A DNA stretch of 57,839 nt, counting the filler, from Sphacelaria rigidula (lineage: Eukaryota), in NCBI GenBank assembly GCA_964200075.2. It is 9 parts of 9 records of this genome, joined end to end, with 100 filler letters (N's around TTAATTAATTAA, not from the genome) between each part and the next. Parts side by side here need not be neighbours in the genome. Positions count along the whole stretch, not along the records: positions 38,629 to 44,965 come from CAXNAA020020691.1; positions 45,066 to 51,402 come from CAXNAA020020692.1; 7 more parts are not named here. One strand, written 5' to 3'. Both the position numbers and the translations under genes were made by a program. Below the pieces are notes generated by a model. It worked only from the letters and a program-made list of their open reading frames with translations. It was not told where the DNA came from and did not search any database. Below, one piece after another: positions 39,466 through 51,502 of the stretch (the stretch's first letter is position 1; each line of letters begins with the position of its first letter).

Positions 39466-39869
39466 TATTCCCAAGTGGAAGTTGTGCCACTCCATAGATG
39501 ATTATCTACCCTACCTCGCTGTCAAGGGTTAACCATGTGACAACCAATGTGGGTGATGTGAATCTGTCACCTTTTTGAAGTAATTCAAGATAAAGCATTG
39601 CCGATTCTCAGCAAATTGTCCACCCTCCTGGACTGGAGAGGGTCAAGGGCTGCAAAGCTTCGAGTGCCGGTAAAAGCATATATATATATAATTTTTGAGA
39701 CTATATCAATCACATCATAATACGATTTAACAGATAGATAGATGTCCATTCAACCAAGCTGTGTGTGGTCAAAAGGTTCACTAGGGCCGACAATGTTCTT
39801 GCAAACACTGAGATGGGTAACTTCGTGCTAACCTGCTAACCCAAGGCCAACCTCCCAAACGAGTTCATC

Positions 39870-39972
39870 ACTTGGCGAGAGTAGCAGGTCATCCTTTGCG
39901 TCGACATCACTTTCACTTGAAAAAAGTATGAATTATCCAGATGAACTACCCTCCTCGCGGTCCAAGGGTTAA
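39870..39972. mobile_element. TTAA MITE copy
   Basis: GGTCATC...TTTCACTTGAAAAAAGT...CTACCCTC.TCGCGGTCCAAGGGTTAA. Confidence 0.75.
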
Positions 39973-40316
39973 TTTTGGAACTGAAAGGCAGCTCAACTAC
40001 GGTGGTTGTTGTATACTGCACAGTGCGGCAGAGGTGACATATATATGTGAGTATGTATGTGTCTCTCCTGGTGTCAAGCACTCTAATACTCTGAAGGTAG
40101 TACTACAACATATAATCCTCGCCTGATGGCCTCGGATCCATCGCGCTCACCGCAGAAGGTGACTAAGTGCGATGTTACAGTGCACATAAATGTAGATGCC
40201 TCATAAGGCTCAAGATGAGGGAGTGATATGTATATATGTGTGTGTGACGGAGAGTGATGCCGCGATGCTCGCCCAGAAAAATGGCTGGTATGAAGAAGAG
40301 GCAAAATCTACGCTTA

Positions 40317-40811
40317 GGCTAACTCTAATGGGAGCCGTTCAAAATTCCTGTCGAAAACTGCCTCTTGGGCCCTTCTCCATCGATTTACGCCCGAAAAGAG
40401 GGCCTCTGCGGATGTTGACGCCACGGAATGACTTGCTCTACTTGTCAAGGCCGTTCTAGGGCAACTTTGTATTTCCCGCTGGCCGCACTTTTGTTTCTGG
40501 CGAAATGAGGCCAAACAAACACAGATTTTCAGTAAAAAACGGTCAGGTGATCAAAATTTCCCGCTGTTTTTCGATCGCTTGACCGTTTTTCGTTGAAATT
40601 CGTATCTGGCCAATAATTAAAGTGCTGCCAGCGGAAAATGCAAAGTTGCCCTGAAATGGCCTCAACGAGTAGAGCAAGCCATTGACAGCCCACCATTCCA
40701 AGGCCTCAACAATCCGCCTAGCCCTCTTTTCAGGCGTAAAACGACGAGTAAGGGCCAAAAAGGCAGTTAGTTTTAAGCAGGGATTTTGAACGGCTCCCAT
40801 TAGAGTCGGTC
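40317..40811. mobile_element. PIF/Harbinger (Tourist-like) MITE; partial relative at ~38860-39030
   Basis: TIR ACTCTAATGGGAGCCGTTCAAAAT mirrored at both ends, with long imperfect arms; TTA on both flanks. Confidence 0.85.
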
Positions 40812-41389
40812 TTACACCGTAGACCGCGACGACGGTAGTCGATCTGGATCACGCATACCGTTTTCAAGTGAAATTGATGCCGATTATACAGATGATTTAC
40901 TCACGTACTGCCAATTTCCCTCGGGACAGTGAGGCCTCTCCAAAGTTGCCAAACTGGTCGTTGTGGGAAATTCGAACTGTTGTTTTTTTGCATCATGTTC
41001 GTGCCCCATAGACGTCTCTGATAAAACTCGAGGTTTCGCGGCATATTTTACTCCAAACTACTGATGAATATCCCGAGGAACGTTGCGTTTTAGATGCCTC
41101 TGATATTACACGCCCGACGAAAAAAATGTTGCGGGCTGCAATACAAATCGCAATTCAAGCTGTTGTATGTGCACACAAATATCCCATGGGGATAACGACC
41201 GTAAATTGCATGCACGCAGTGGCAGGATTTTTCCCTGGGTAAACAGTCAAGCAAAGCCGAGTGGCTCAACTTGCAACACCCCCCCCTCCCCACATGTCAC
41301 TCATTTCCCACGTGCGAATCGACAGACTGAGTGAGCGGTAGTTGAACTCCTTCAGAGTAAGACTGTTTGCTCAGCCTTTTTGTTGCACG

Positions 41390-41987
41390 ATGAGCGGAGG
41401 TGATGTTCGAAGCATCGTGCTTTGCTTGGGGCTGCTAGTGGCGTACTCTAGCCGACCATTTGCCGTGGACGCTCACCCGCTCTGTTGGTATGACTCAAGG
41501 TGGGGTTCTAAGGATACGGCAACCTCGTCTAGCTGAGCATTGTGTAGGGTTCCTTGGTCGTTGACCGTATGCTCTCGGGATCCCACCGTGTTGCTCTGGA
41601 AAGTTGCATGGAGTACCCGGTGGCATGAGCCAGTCCACCTACAAACATTTTGCGATGACACAACCTAGTAACCCGCCAATACGACGTACTAACTGTACCT
41701 GGCTGGCACTAAGGTTTCGCGATGTATGCCGCAAGGTACTCGAGGTTGCGTGTGTCAAGACGGTGAAATTTGAAGCTCAGGTAGTACCGTACCAACCAGC
41801 CTTTTGACCTGTCTGAATGTGATTTCCGATGACAACCGCCAGGCCCACCGACCTCGACCGAGAGCTGACATTTTGCCCTGCGGCTCAAGCGGGGGCGTGT
41901 TGTACTGCGGAAGAAGAAGAGGGCGTGCAGCAACTCTTTGAATCAGCAGGAGACCTTACTGCGGAGTGTGCCGATCTTTACCAACAG
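41390..41987 (+). CDS. Secreted HIPL1/HHIP-like protein, exons 41390-41499 and 41843-41987 (5' part)
   Basis: A hydrophobic signal-peptide-like start, then HPLCWYDSR-PTDLDRELTFCPAAQAGACCTAEEEEGVQQLFESAGDLTAECADLYQQ. The cysteine spacing HPLC..L.FC......CC...C matches the N-terminal folate-receptor-like domain of plant HIPL1. The phase-2 intron is consistent. Confidence 0.8.
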
Positions 41988-42670
41988 GTATTGTTTTTGT
42001 TGTGCGATAGGGCAAAATACCCGAGCTCAGTGTTCGTTGAGGCGTAGAGGCTTGTCCGCCCTGTCCGGTCTAACTTGTTTTATTCAGCTTCGAGCTTGAG
42101 TGGGTGGACGGCGACCGTTTTATGTCAGGAAGGACGCCACACTTCGTTGGCAACCGAGGCAGAGGTACTCGCGCTTGGCCGCATGCGAAGCCAAAATATC
42201 GAATATCTGGGTAACTCGAAGATGTTTCCAGCGAGTTGGTTACCTGAGAGTCCAGTGTAGCGAAGTGAAGTATGTCCGGTTCCTTCTGTTTATTCTCACC
42301 AATAAGCTATCTCATTTTGCAAACTCAAGGTTTCCGATGTATTCAATCAACTGTGAATCACTGTACTCTGAAATATACAGGGAGTCTCCGTAGTTTGAGA
42401 TACCTCTTTTACTTGATTCTGTTCGAGAGGTACAAGTTCCAAGTACTGTTGCTGTAATCAAGCCGAACTGGGGCAACCGCGTTTCTCTCAAAATAAAGAC
42501 ATGTTATATTGAAGAAAACGTTTCAATATTTGCTGCGTGTATTTGTGTTTTGCCTTGTCAATCACATGGGTGACACTTCTGTAATCCACGAAAGGAAAGA
42601 ACGCATAACTTGTGAGTGTAAAGGTTCTTCAAGCTCGAGATTCCCCCTATGTACTTACTGAAAATCACCG

Positions 42671-42793
42671 TTGACCCTGGTAGCGACAGACAGTAGGTCG
42701 ACAAACAGTAGGTCATGTGTTGAATCGACATCGATTTCACTTGAAAAAAGTGAAAATGATCCAGGTCGACTACCCTCTCGGTGTGAGGGTTAA
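42671..42793. mobile_element. TTAA MITE copy with a small internal duplication
   Basis: TTGACCCT...ACAGTAGGTC twice...TTGAATCGACATCGATTTCACTTGAAAAAAGT...GAGGGTTAA. Confidence 0.75.
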
Positions 42794-43480
42794 TTTTACC
42801 GAAAACCTCGAGTTTGGGATGCCTCTAAAACTGTGAGCGAACACACGAACATATAAGTTTTATTGCTGTTGTCTAGCTATGTTACCGACCACCGACCGCA
42901 CCATCATTCCATACAGCACTAATTGTGCTGTTCATCATGAATAATGTACCACTGACGACGACCAGACGGAGCAAATCTTCCGAACCTCCCAAGCGAACCC
43001 TCTGCACCTCTCCCCGCAACTTTTTGACAACAGAATGAGCTGATGCAGCCCGGATGATCATTTGCGGTCGGGCTGTGACATCTGTCATAAACTTACCCTT
43101 GGGATCGAGCTTGGAGCACTTGGAACTGTCAGCCCCTTTGAAGATACAAATATTGTGTTGAATCTACAATCAAGTCACAAGCGTTGTTTCCGACAATTTG
43201 GTAAAGTTCAGATTATCTCGGGCCAGCACGAGTGGACTCTTGAGAACTCGCTCGACGGACTGAGTACGAAATCTGCACCTGCGAACTGTACAGTTGACTT
43301 CCAGAATTGCATGGATGATGTTGGGGCCGGCCCCTCGGAACATTTGTATTAGAAATGGGGCTCGAAGATTCGATGAGGTTGACGCGTTGACCACCAGGAA
43401 CAACGTTTTCGTTAGGTTGAGAGTAGAGCGCTGATTGAAAGTGGGTTATATCATCATCATTCCCCTCACTTGGCCATTTT

Positions 43481-43586
43481 TTAACCCCTAGACCGCGAGG
43501 GTAGTCTATCTGGATCATTTATACTTCATTCGAGTGAAACTGATGCCGATTCAACACGTGACCTACTCTCGCTGTTCAAGGGTCAA
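43481..43586. mobile_element. ~105-bp TTAA MITE, near-consensus copy
   Basis: TTAACCCCTAGACCGCGAGGGTAGTCTATCTG...TGATGCCGATTCAAC...GACCTACTCTCGCTGTTCAAGGGTCAA. Confidence 0.85.
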
Positions 43587-45267
43587 TTTCGTGTGAGTGT
43601 TTTTTTTTACTGCATCATTGGCATGTGCCTACAGCTACAAGTCGATATCCTACTCAGAGGGATCAAGAGCTTCAGTGGCAAGCTACTGCAGAAAGTATAT
43701 CGGGCCTCGTGCAGGGGAATTCCGGAACAGAAACGATTCATTCAGTAGTTGCAAAATTGGCCGTTTTTCACTCTCAATCACATCCTCTACTCTCAAATTT
43801 CACGAACACACCTTGGGGTAGTCTGTTGAATCGCTATCCATTATTCTGTACAGCTTTTGAAAATGGAAATGAGAGCTCAGACGACGTGTCCTGCCCGTCA
43901 AAGCAAGTCGAACGGCCCGTCCTTTCAGCGCTCGCGGCCAATCTGGCAGATTGGGGCGGTCCCTCTAATTCCTAGAGGATGGCAACGGCAGAGGAGTAGA
44001 TGGCCCCTAGTTGGCTGTCCGGGTGCTTGGCATGTTTCTGATGTATGGTCATTTTGACCCGTTGGGCAACTGCGACCTCAACTGCATGTTGAGAGGTTTG
44101 TATACCGTATCTCAGCAAACAGCTGCTGTTGAAAGCAGGGATTTGCGGGAAGGACATGTTCACCTTACGTTTCCTTGTGTGTTGCTTGTGTGTATACGTC
44201 CTGCTCAACTAGCTGTCCGGTGTGGGGATTCATTTCCGCGAACTCACAGCCCGAATCAAAATACCTCCTAGACACACACCCCGGACGCGCCGCCTGCAGC
44301 ACGTCGAACATCCCGCACCAAATACTGTGTACACTATTATACTCGTGCGCCCTTCTGCGATCCTTCAGCATCAACGATCAACAGTAAGTTGTGTGTGTCA
44401 ACCATAAGCATGCCCTGTAATAGTGTGGGCGCCATCACTGCTCCTACTGCGTTGTGCTGTGAGACGGGAACGCCGCTGATCGTAACTTGTTCTATATCTT
44501 ACTTACAATCCACTCATGCAACCCGAAGCATGTGCGTGTTTTCTGAACGAGAGATGCACTGTTTGTCTCTCCATCAAAAACAATTATTCCGAGCCACCGG
44601 CCGAAACAATAGAGAGGAAATCCGGTTGGTTGTTGGGCGCTAAAGTGAGTGACCCGTCACCCCGACACAACGGTTCCTCTCACCCAAAATGAACTTGCCC
44701 AATGGCTTCCTGAATGACCCAGTAATGCCCATCCACCACAGGGTGGATACTTGCTCTCTCAGCAACTGCGCACGCCCACATCACTCGCGCGAAACTGTCA
44801 CACCGCTGCTAAAGTCATAATTCCATAGTCGAGGCAAAGTGGCACTTTCCGTTTCACCTCCCCCAGATAGGGGGAACCGAGAGTGCCCAAAACAAATCCG
44901 ACATCCTATGCCCTTTTTTTGAATCCCGGAGTTTTTCAGGGGGTGGGGAGGGGGGGGGGGGGGGGNNNNNNNNNNNNNNNNNNNNNNNNNNNNNNNNNNN
45001 NNNNNNNNNTTAATTAATTAANNNNNNNNNNNNNNNNNNNNNNNNNNNNNNNNNNNNNNNNNNNNTGGTTGCTTAGCATCATGTTTTATCTACAAGCCTC
45101 TCTTACTCAGTACAGCCGCAGGGCAGCCATAGGAGCAGAGCGTAGTGATGGCCCAGGGTAGACCACGGCAAGGGCAGCAAGTGATCAAGATGGGGCGAGG
45201 CGGCCTGCGGCCGCATATGAACAACCCTAACTAATGACAGTAGCAAACGCGACAACAACGCGTCACG

Positions 45268-45463
45268 GAATCCAGGGTCTACGAGCAGACCCGCACAGAG
45301 TATATCTTGCAACACCTCTGAGCTTCATCACAGACGGTATTTAACGTATGTTTGGAGAGAGAGCGAATCCAGGGTCTACGAGCAGACCCGCACAGAGTAT
45401 ATCTTGCAACACCTCTGAGCTTCATCACAGACGGTATTTAACGTATGTTTGGAGAGAGAGCAG
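45268..45463. repeat. ~98-bp tandem duplication spanning the 5' junction of the LINE
   Basis: GAATCCAGGGTCTACGAG...GTTTGGAGAGAGAGC occurs twice, essentially identical. Confidence 0.9.
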
Positions 45464-46661
45464 CAGATGTACATGAGTATAAAAGCCAAGGAGAAGTAAT
45501 GTTAGTGGGAGATTTTAATGCAAGGGTAGGAAGAGCAGGCCAACTGGATGATATCATTGGGCAATTCGGGACAGATGAGGAGAATACGAATGGGGTAGAA
45601 ATGCTCAAGTTTGTTGAGCATAACGAGATGAAGCCGCTGAACGATAAAGTACTCAAGCCAGAGGTGCAATGGACATGGACGAGGGAGTGTAAAGGAAAGA
45701 GAGAACGCTCCGTTCTCGACTATATAGTGGTAGAGCATGGAAATAGCGCAAAAATGGAAGTATATGTATGCGCGGAGGACGTGGGAACCACAACCACTGC
45801 CTAATACGGACAGAAAGCCAACAGACGCGAGCGAAAAGAAATAGGCGGGTGAGGAAGTTGTACCAAATGAGAATCGATAAACTAGATATGGAAGAGAAAC
45901 GGCAAGAGTTCCAAGAGGAGATGGCAAACAATGCAGTGAAATTTTCCGAGCCGTTGGAACGCGTAGGTACACTTGATACCGAAATGGGACGAAATTGAGC
46001 AAAAGCGAAGATTGTAGAAGGATGGGAGCAGCTGGTCAAGTACACAGCGAGTAAGGTCATAGGGAGGAAACCAGTAGTATGCAACAGAGCAGTTCACTGG
46101 TGAGACGAGGAAGCAAAAAAGGCTACCAGAGTAAGGAGAGAGGCCCACGCGCGATGGACGTCGAGAAACGTACCGTAGGGTGGGAGGAGTATACTATAGC
46201 TCGAAAGGAAGTAAAAGAGATGGTACAGGAGAAAAAGAATCAAGCTTGGGAAGGTGTAGTGAAAAAAGCAAATAAAGATTTCGATGGCTGTATAAAACAA
46301 ATGTGGATAGAGAGAAAAGGGATTATGGGAAACCAGGCAAGGAAGATGGACAAGGGGATAGCCACACTCCGGGCACAGAACGGTAAAATGGTCAGCAGTT
46401 CGAAGGGGAAGAGAGAAGTGCTAGTCGAGCACTACCGTCAACTAGGAACACCAAAAACTAACACAAAGTTCGACACGGAATTTGGGAAACAAATCAACGA
46501 GTGGGCAAAGGCAAATGTGAAGACGTCAAAACGGGAGGATAGTGGCTCGAGAGAATTACAGAGAGAATTTGCAAGAGATCGAGTAAAGGAGTGCGTAGCT
46601 AACCTCCAAAACAAAAAGGCAGCGGGGGCAGACGGAGTAGTGATTCTGAAGCATGGGGGGG

Positions 46662-46792
46662 GCGTACTCATTTGTTGCTTGCCTTAGTCGTTCGACCATT
46701 GACCACGCATCCCTTTCGAGACGNNNNNNNNNNGAGCACCGTTCCTACTCCTAATAGAGGCACCTCCAACATTCTGGCGCTCATTACGTTCC
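46662..46792 (-). mobile_element. Short 3'-end copy of the same LINE family inserted antisense into the LINE, 18-bp TSD
   Basis: Reverse complement of 48905-49027; flanked by TTCTGAAGCATGGGGGGG at 46644-46661 and 46793-46810; contains a 10-N gap. Confidence 0.85.
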
Positions 46793-48044
46793 TTCTGAAG
46801 CATGGGGGGGAAGGAATGATCACCATGATAGTTATGCTGTATAACTGGATATGGAAAAACGAGTACACACCCCAAGAGATGGAGAGAAGGAGTAGTAGTC
46901 AATCTTTTCAAAAACAAAGACGAGGCTGACCCAGGGAACTGTAGAGGAATAATGCTACTGAGCACGGTAGGGAAACCATTCTATAGGGTTCTGAACGATA
47001 GAGTAGCAACGATGCTAGAAACGGACGAGAAAATCAGCGAAGGACAAGCAGGTTTCAGACCAAACCATAGTTGTGTACACCATGTGTACACACTAGGTGA
47101 GATTATTCAAGGTAGGAAAGACACCGGGTTGACAACGTACTGTTTCTTTCTGGACGTGTAAAAGGCTTGTGACACAGTATAAAGAAATGGACTGTGGGAA
47201 AGGTTGTGGGAAACTGGGATCAGAGGAAAGATGTGGAGAATGGTAAAGAAGATGACAGGATGTGCCAAAAGTGCCATGATGCTAAACGGGGAAATATCGA
47301 AATATTTTTATATTTGACAAGGAGTTGCATAAGGATGTACATCATCTCCCACTCCATTCAAGGTGTTCATGAATGACTTGATACTAGCACTAGAAGCAGC
47401 ATATCAAGGAGTCAAGGTGGGTGGAGATGTGATATATGGTTTGATGTTCGCAGATGTTGTTGTGGGGATTTCAGGAACAGCAGAAGGACTACAGACACAG
47501 ATACACAAGGCGGTAGAATACACTAGGAAATGAAGAGTGACAGCGAATGTAAACAAATGCGCGGTGCTCATCTGTAACGCAGAAAGGAGACATCCGGTAG
47601 AGTTCAAGTGGAAGTGAGGAGAAGAGGAACTGCCGATTGTAGACCAGTATACATACCTTGGCGTAGAGATCTCAGAACACCGTTCTTGGGATGCACACAT
47701 AAACAAAGTAATGAAAAAGGGTAAGGCACCGATGGGAAGGTTGGACGTGATCCTCAGATACTCGCACCTAGACCCTGGGATTAAGAGATGTACCGTGATG
47801 AACGTGGTCGCACCAAAGATGGAATGTGCAGGAGAAGTATGGGAGGGGAACGTGAAATTGGTGAAAAAGTTAGAAACAGTACAGATAGTAGCAGCTAGGA
47901 AAGTACGTGAATGCTCGAAAACGACGAGCAATACAGCACTGAGAGCAAGGTTGGGGATGTACTCACTTAAACCAAACAGAAACATGAGAAAATTGAGATG
48001 GCAATATAGCGTACAGAACATGCAGAGAACGAGATTGCCAGCTA

Positions 48045-48467
48045 TAAACAGTGGATTTTGGAAAATGGGGTTGAAAAACAAAATGAGGTTCAACTCGAAA
48101 GCCGTGCTTTCCCTGGCCTGAATTCATGACGAATGACTTTTATACGGACGACCTCATCCATCCCGACCTCCCTAAAACTATTATGGGGGGTTTCTAGCCT
48201 TCCATTCCCCAAAGGTTAAGTGCAAAAGCACACTTTTGCTGGAATTTGGGGTTAAAAAATGACTTTTTTTGGCCCATACACCGTGCTTTTGCACATATCC
48301 TTGGGGGAAACGGAAGGCTAGAAACCCCCCGGGATAGTCTCAGACAGGTCGGGACGGATGGGGACGTCCATACGAAAGTAATTTGTCATGAATGTAGGCC
48401 AGGGAAGGCACAGCTTTTGAGTTGAACCTCATTGTTTTCAATCCCATTTTCGAGAATCCACTGTCTA
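48045..48467. mobile_element. Fold-back MITE (~185-bp arms, ACAGTGG...CCACTGT ends) inserted into the LINE
   Basis: Long inverted arms; removing it restores the LINE reading RLPA-IVEKIVWGK. Confidence 0.9.
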
Positions 48468-49637
48468 TCGTTGAGAAGATCGTGTGGGGAAAAAGTACGA
48501 AAGGGAAGGCTGGAGTAAGGTGGGATAGAGAAGTCGAGAAAGTACGGAAGGAGATGTAGGAGGGAACCGAGACGAAATACTGTCCATAGGTGAAGGCGCG
48601 GGGTACAAGACAACTGTAAAAGACATGACAGAAGTAAGGGGGAAATGAGCGCCCAGACGCAAGGTAAACGAAGAAGAACACCTGAAGATATACAAGGGTT
48701 GAGAAGGGATGAAAACGCACCTGCATGGCCCCATGGACGCGGTTAAATAAATGAAAATGTGATTTCGGGTGGGGGACCTGGACATGTCAGAAGGATTAGA
48801 CAGTAGCGAGAAAACGTTGGCTATATCAGGAGATAGCTGGTGACCACAGACGGTGAAACAGGACGGGGATAAGATATGCAAAAGGTTTTTGTGCAATGTA
48901 TGGAAGAAACGTAATGAGCGCCAGAATGTTGGAGGTGTCTATTTTGGGAGTAGGAACGGTGCTCCGTCTCGAAAGGGACGCGTGGTCAACGGTCAAGCGA
49001 CTAAGGCAGGCAACAACTGAGTACGCCTCCCCCCCTCCCCCCCTCACCTCGGCATGAGTTCGTATTCTCGAGGATTACAACCCATCTTTCTCTCGGGACA
49101 TGCCTGTAATTTCCGGGTCGCGGATTGGTTCCACACTCCCGCCCACACAGCGTACACGCCTGTCGTGAAAGAAGTCGTTTATGTTACTCATGTCCTCAAG
49201 TTTTCAACGATGGAGCATCAATACTCAGGAAAGGCACAATTTAGTCCGCGGGAAATCAAGTCCCTCCGACACCAACCAAGCTGGTATTTAATATGTGCCA
49301 CTCAAACAACCGGAATGCGACGGGTTTTCATGGGAAGACAAACGCGATATGCCGTTCCGGTGACCATCTGAAACTGATTATAGATCGAGGATTTCCAGGC
49401 TGTTCAATCCGAATAGGCAGGCGAAATCCTACGGACAAAGCTATTGTCTTGTGACACACCATTACTTCGTGATCGTCTGGGTGAAAACACGAGGGACATA
49501 GTTGCCAGATCTCTCTGGTAGAGTTGTGAAGAACAGGCCACCAAAAATGAAGTGTCTTGAGAAATATGTTTGGTGGCCCGGAGGATTCTCAACTTTTGTC
49601 CTAGTGCTACATGGCCTCACCCTCCGCCGGGTTTTTT

Positions 49638-49712
49638 TCTCCGTCTCGAAAGGGATGCGTGGTCAATAGTCAAACGACTAAGCCAAGCAATAATTGAGTA
49701 TACCCTTCCCCG
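49638..49712 (+). mobile_element. Short LINE 3'-end copy
   Basis: CTCCGTCTCGAAAGGGATGCGTGGTCAA...TGAGTATACCCTTCCCC. Confidence 0.8.
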
Positions 49713-50821
49713 CAGGGGGGGGGAGGTTGAAAGAGGATATAAGGTACTTATTCAGTAGCAAGTTCACAGCCCTGTGCTAACGACTGAGTACCGGACCGCA
49801 CCGTTCCACCGGAGCGACAGGTGATCAAGGAAGGTGCCTGCGCGTCGTTCGGGTTTCCTACGTAGTATAAGAGCTCGGTCAAGAGTGACTGGACGGCATA
49901 CCTTTGGTGTGCTGTACAGCCCAGATCGCGCCCAGGTGATTTTTTTTTTTCTGTAAGACGATTACTAATCAACCCTCCCGTTTGCCGACTGGTCTCGACG
50001 ACTTTTATCCAACGATATAACAACATTGGTGGAGCATGGTTACCGGTGTTTCTCCAGACATATACAAGTTGAAACAGTACAGTTATCGACCAGGAGATGA
50101 TATTTACCACCATCTACCATTTTGACTGCATGTTTGACCGTATGATCATGGGAGTCCATCAAATATGTTCAACATGTCGAGGTCTCAGAAGGGTAGCCTG
50201 AGTGCATGACGTGGTGGGAGACACTGAGGTAGGCAAGCAGAGAATAGAGGAACGTGTACCGCTAAAGTTCTGTTACAGAAGAACAACAGGTCACAAGATG
50301 AGACACTGTCAACGGAACGAGGAAATGTGGTACTGATCAAACTCGGTGGAACTCTGTCTTCTTTTGTATGCATATCCGTCTTTTACGTCTCTCTCTCTCT
50401 TTTCGTATTTGTATCGCAAGCCCTCGATTCAGAACAAAAAAACGCTCCCTAGTTCACCTTGTCTTTTCCCCGCATTCACTGCTACTGCTACCAGTATTCT
50501 CGATCCCGCCTCAACTCCTCAACATTCCTGGAGTAAGTGTTTCTCTGCATTTACCTTACGTACGTCCACCTTGTGACGAATCAAACAAATAACCAACGAA
50601 CCAATCCATCACTTTACCAATCACTTGTAAACTCAAACGGTGTGCACCCTGTATTGTGCAGGTCGTGGACCGACAACATCCGCATCCTACGTTATCATGA
50701 CACATGTCATGCAAGTCACATGAGGTGTCGGTAGGTGCGGTGGAACATGGGGCTGCCTTACATTTACGCGCCCCTTCTCCAGATACACAATACATCCCAC
50801 GCTCGCCATATCTTGACACAG

Positions 50822-50994
50822 GTGGCCACTGGGTGATAGGCAAGCGGAGCACGGAAGATGCGGCGATGTTCCCAATGCTGCGGGTGGACGAATGTGCTTT
50901 TCAGCCGCACAAGATAGATTCTGACTCCATTTGGTGCTGGCAAGAGTGCCAAGACGAGACGGAATGCCCGCCGGAGGACCTCCCGAAAGGCCAG
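50822..50994 (+). CDS. Orphan internal exon of an unknown protein
   Basis: ACAG acceptor and CAG|GTGAGA donor; open frame GHWVIGKRSTEDAAMFPMLRVDECAFQPHKIDSDSIWCWQECQDETECPPEDLPKGQ. Confidence 0.45.
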
Positions 50995-51502
50995 GTGAGA
51001 GCGCTGATGCGCTAGAAACGAAATAAGTGGGAGTGATAACGCAGAAAAGTACATATATATCCTCGGGACTTGTGTCATTAGTTTCGATTATTATTCCCTC
51101 ACAAAGAACTGTATGACGCACATGAAGCAAAAAAAATCGTAGTACGATTAACGTTTGAAAATCACACTATGCAATAGTAGGGTTCGCAGTCTGGACAACG
51201 GATACGACGATGGCCCATTGCCTCAATAATAGACGCGAGGGAAAAACTCATGATATACATTGTCGAACACAGTAGATGATGAAACACATCTATTGATATG
51301 TATTGCAAGGGTTAATAGATGCTGCATGAGAGTCATCCTACGATAGGGGGGGGGGGGGGGATTTGTTGGCCGGAAAAAGAGGCCCCAAAATTGTGTAGAA
51401 CANNNNNNNNNNNNNNNNNNNNNNNNNNNNNNNNNNNNNNNNNNNNTTAATTAATTAANNNNNNNNNNNNNNNNNNNNNNNNNNNNNNNNNNNNNNNNNN
51501 NN

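Larger units (their letters stand above)
45445..49045 (+). mobile_element. Decayed 5'-truncated non-LTR retrotransposon (APE endonuclease + reverse transcriptase, RTE-like), ending in a C-rich tail
   Basis: Endonuclease motifs LVGDFNARVG and SVLDYIVV; RT motifs KAAGADG, CRGIMLLS, QAGFRP, CFFLDV, MFAD and YTYLG; many stops and frameshifts; ends ...ACTGAGTACGCCTCCCCCCCTCCCCCCC. Confidence 0.92.

Noticed and set aside
47404..48093. 229-aa minus-strand ORF
   Set aside because: Antisense shadow of the LINE RT region.
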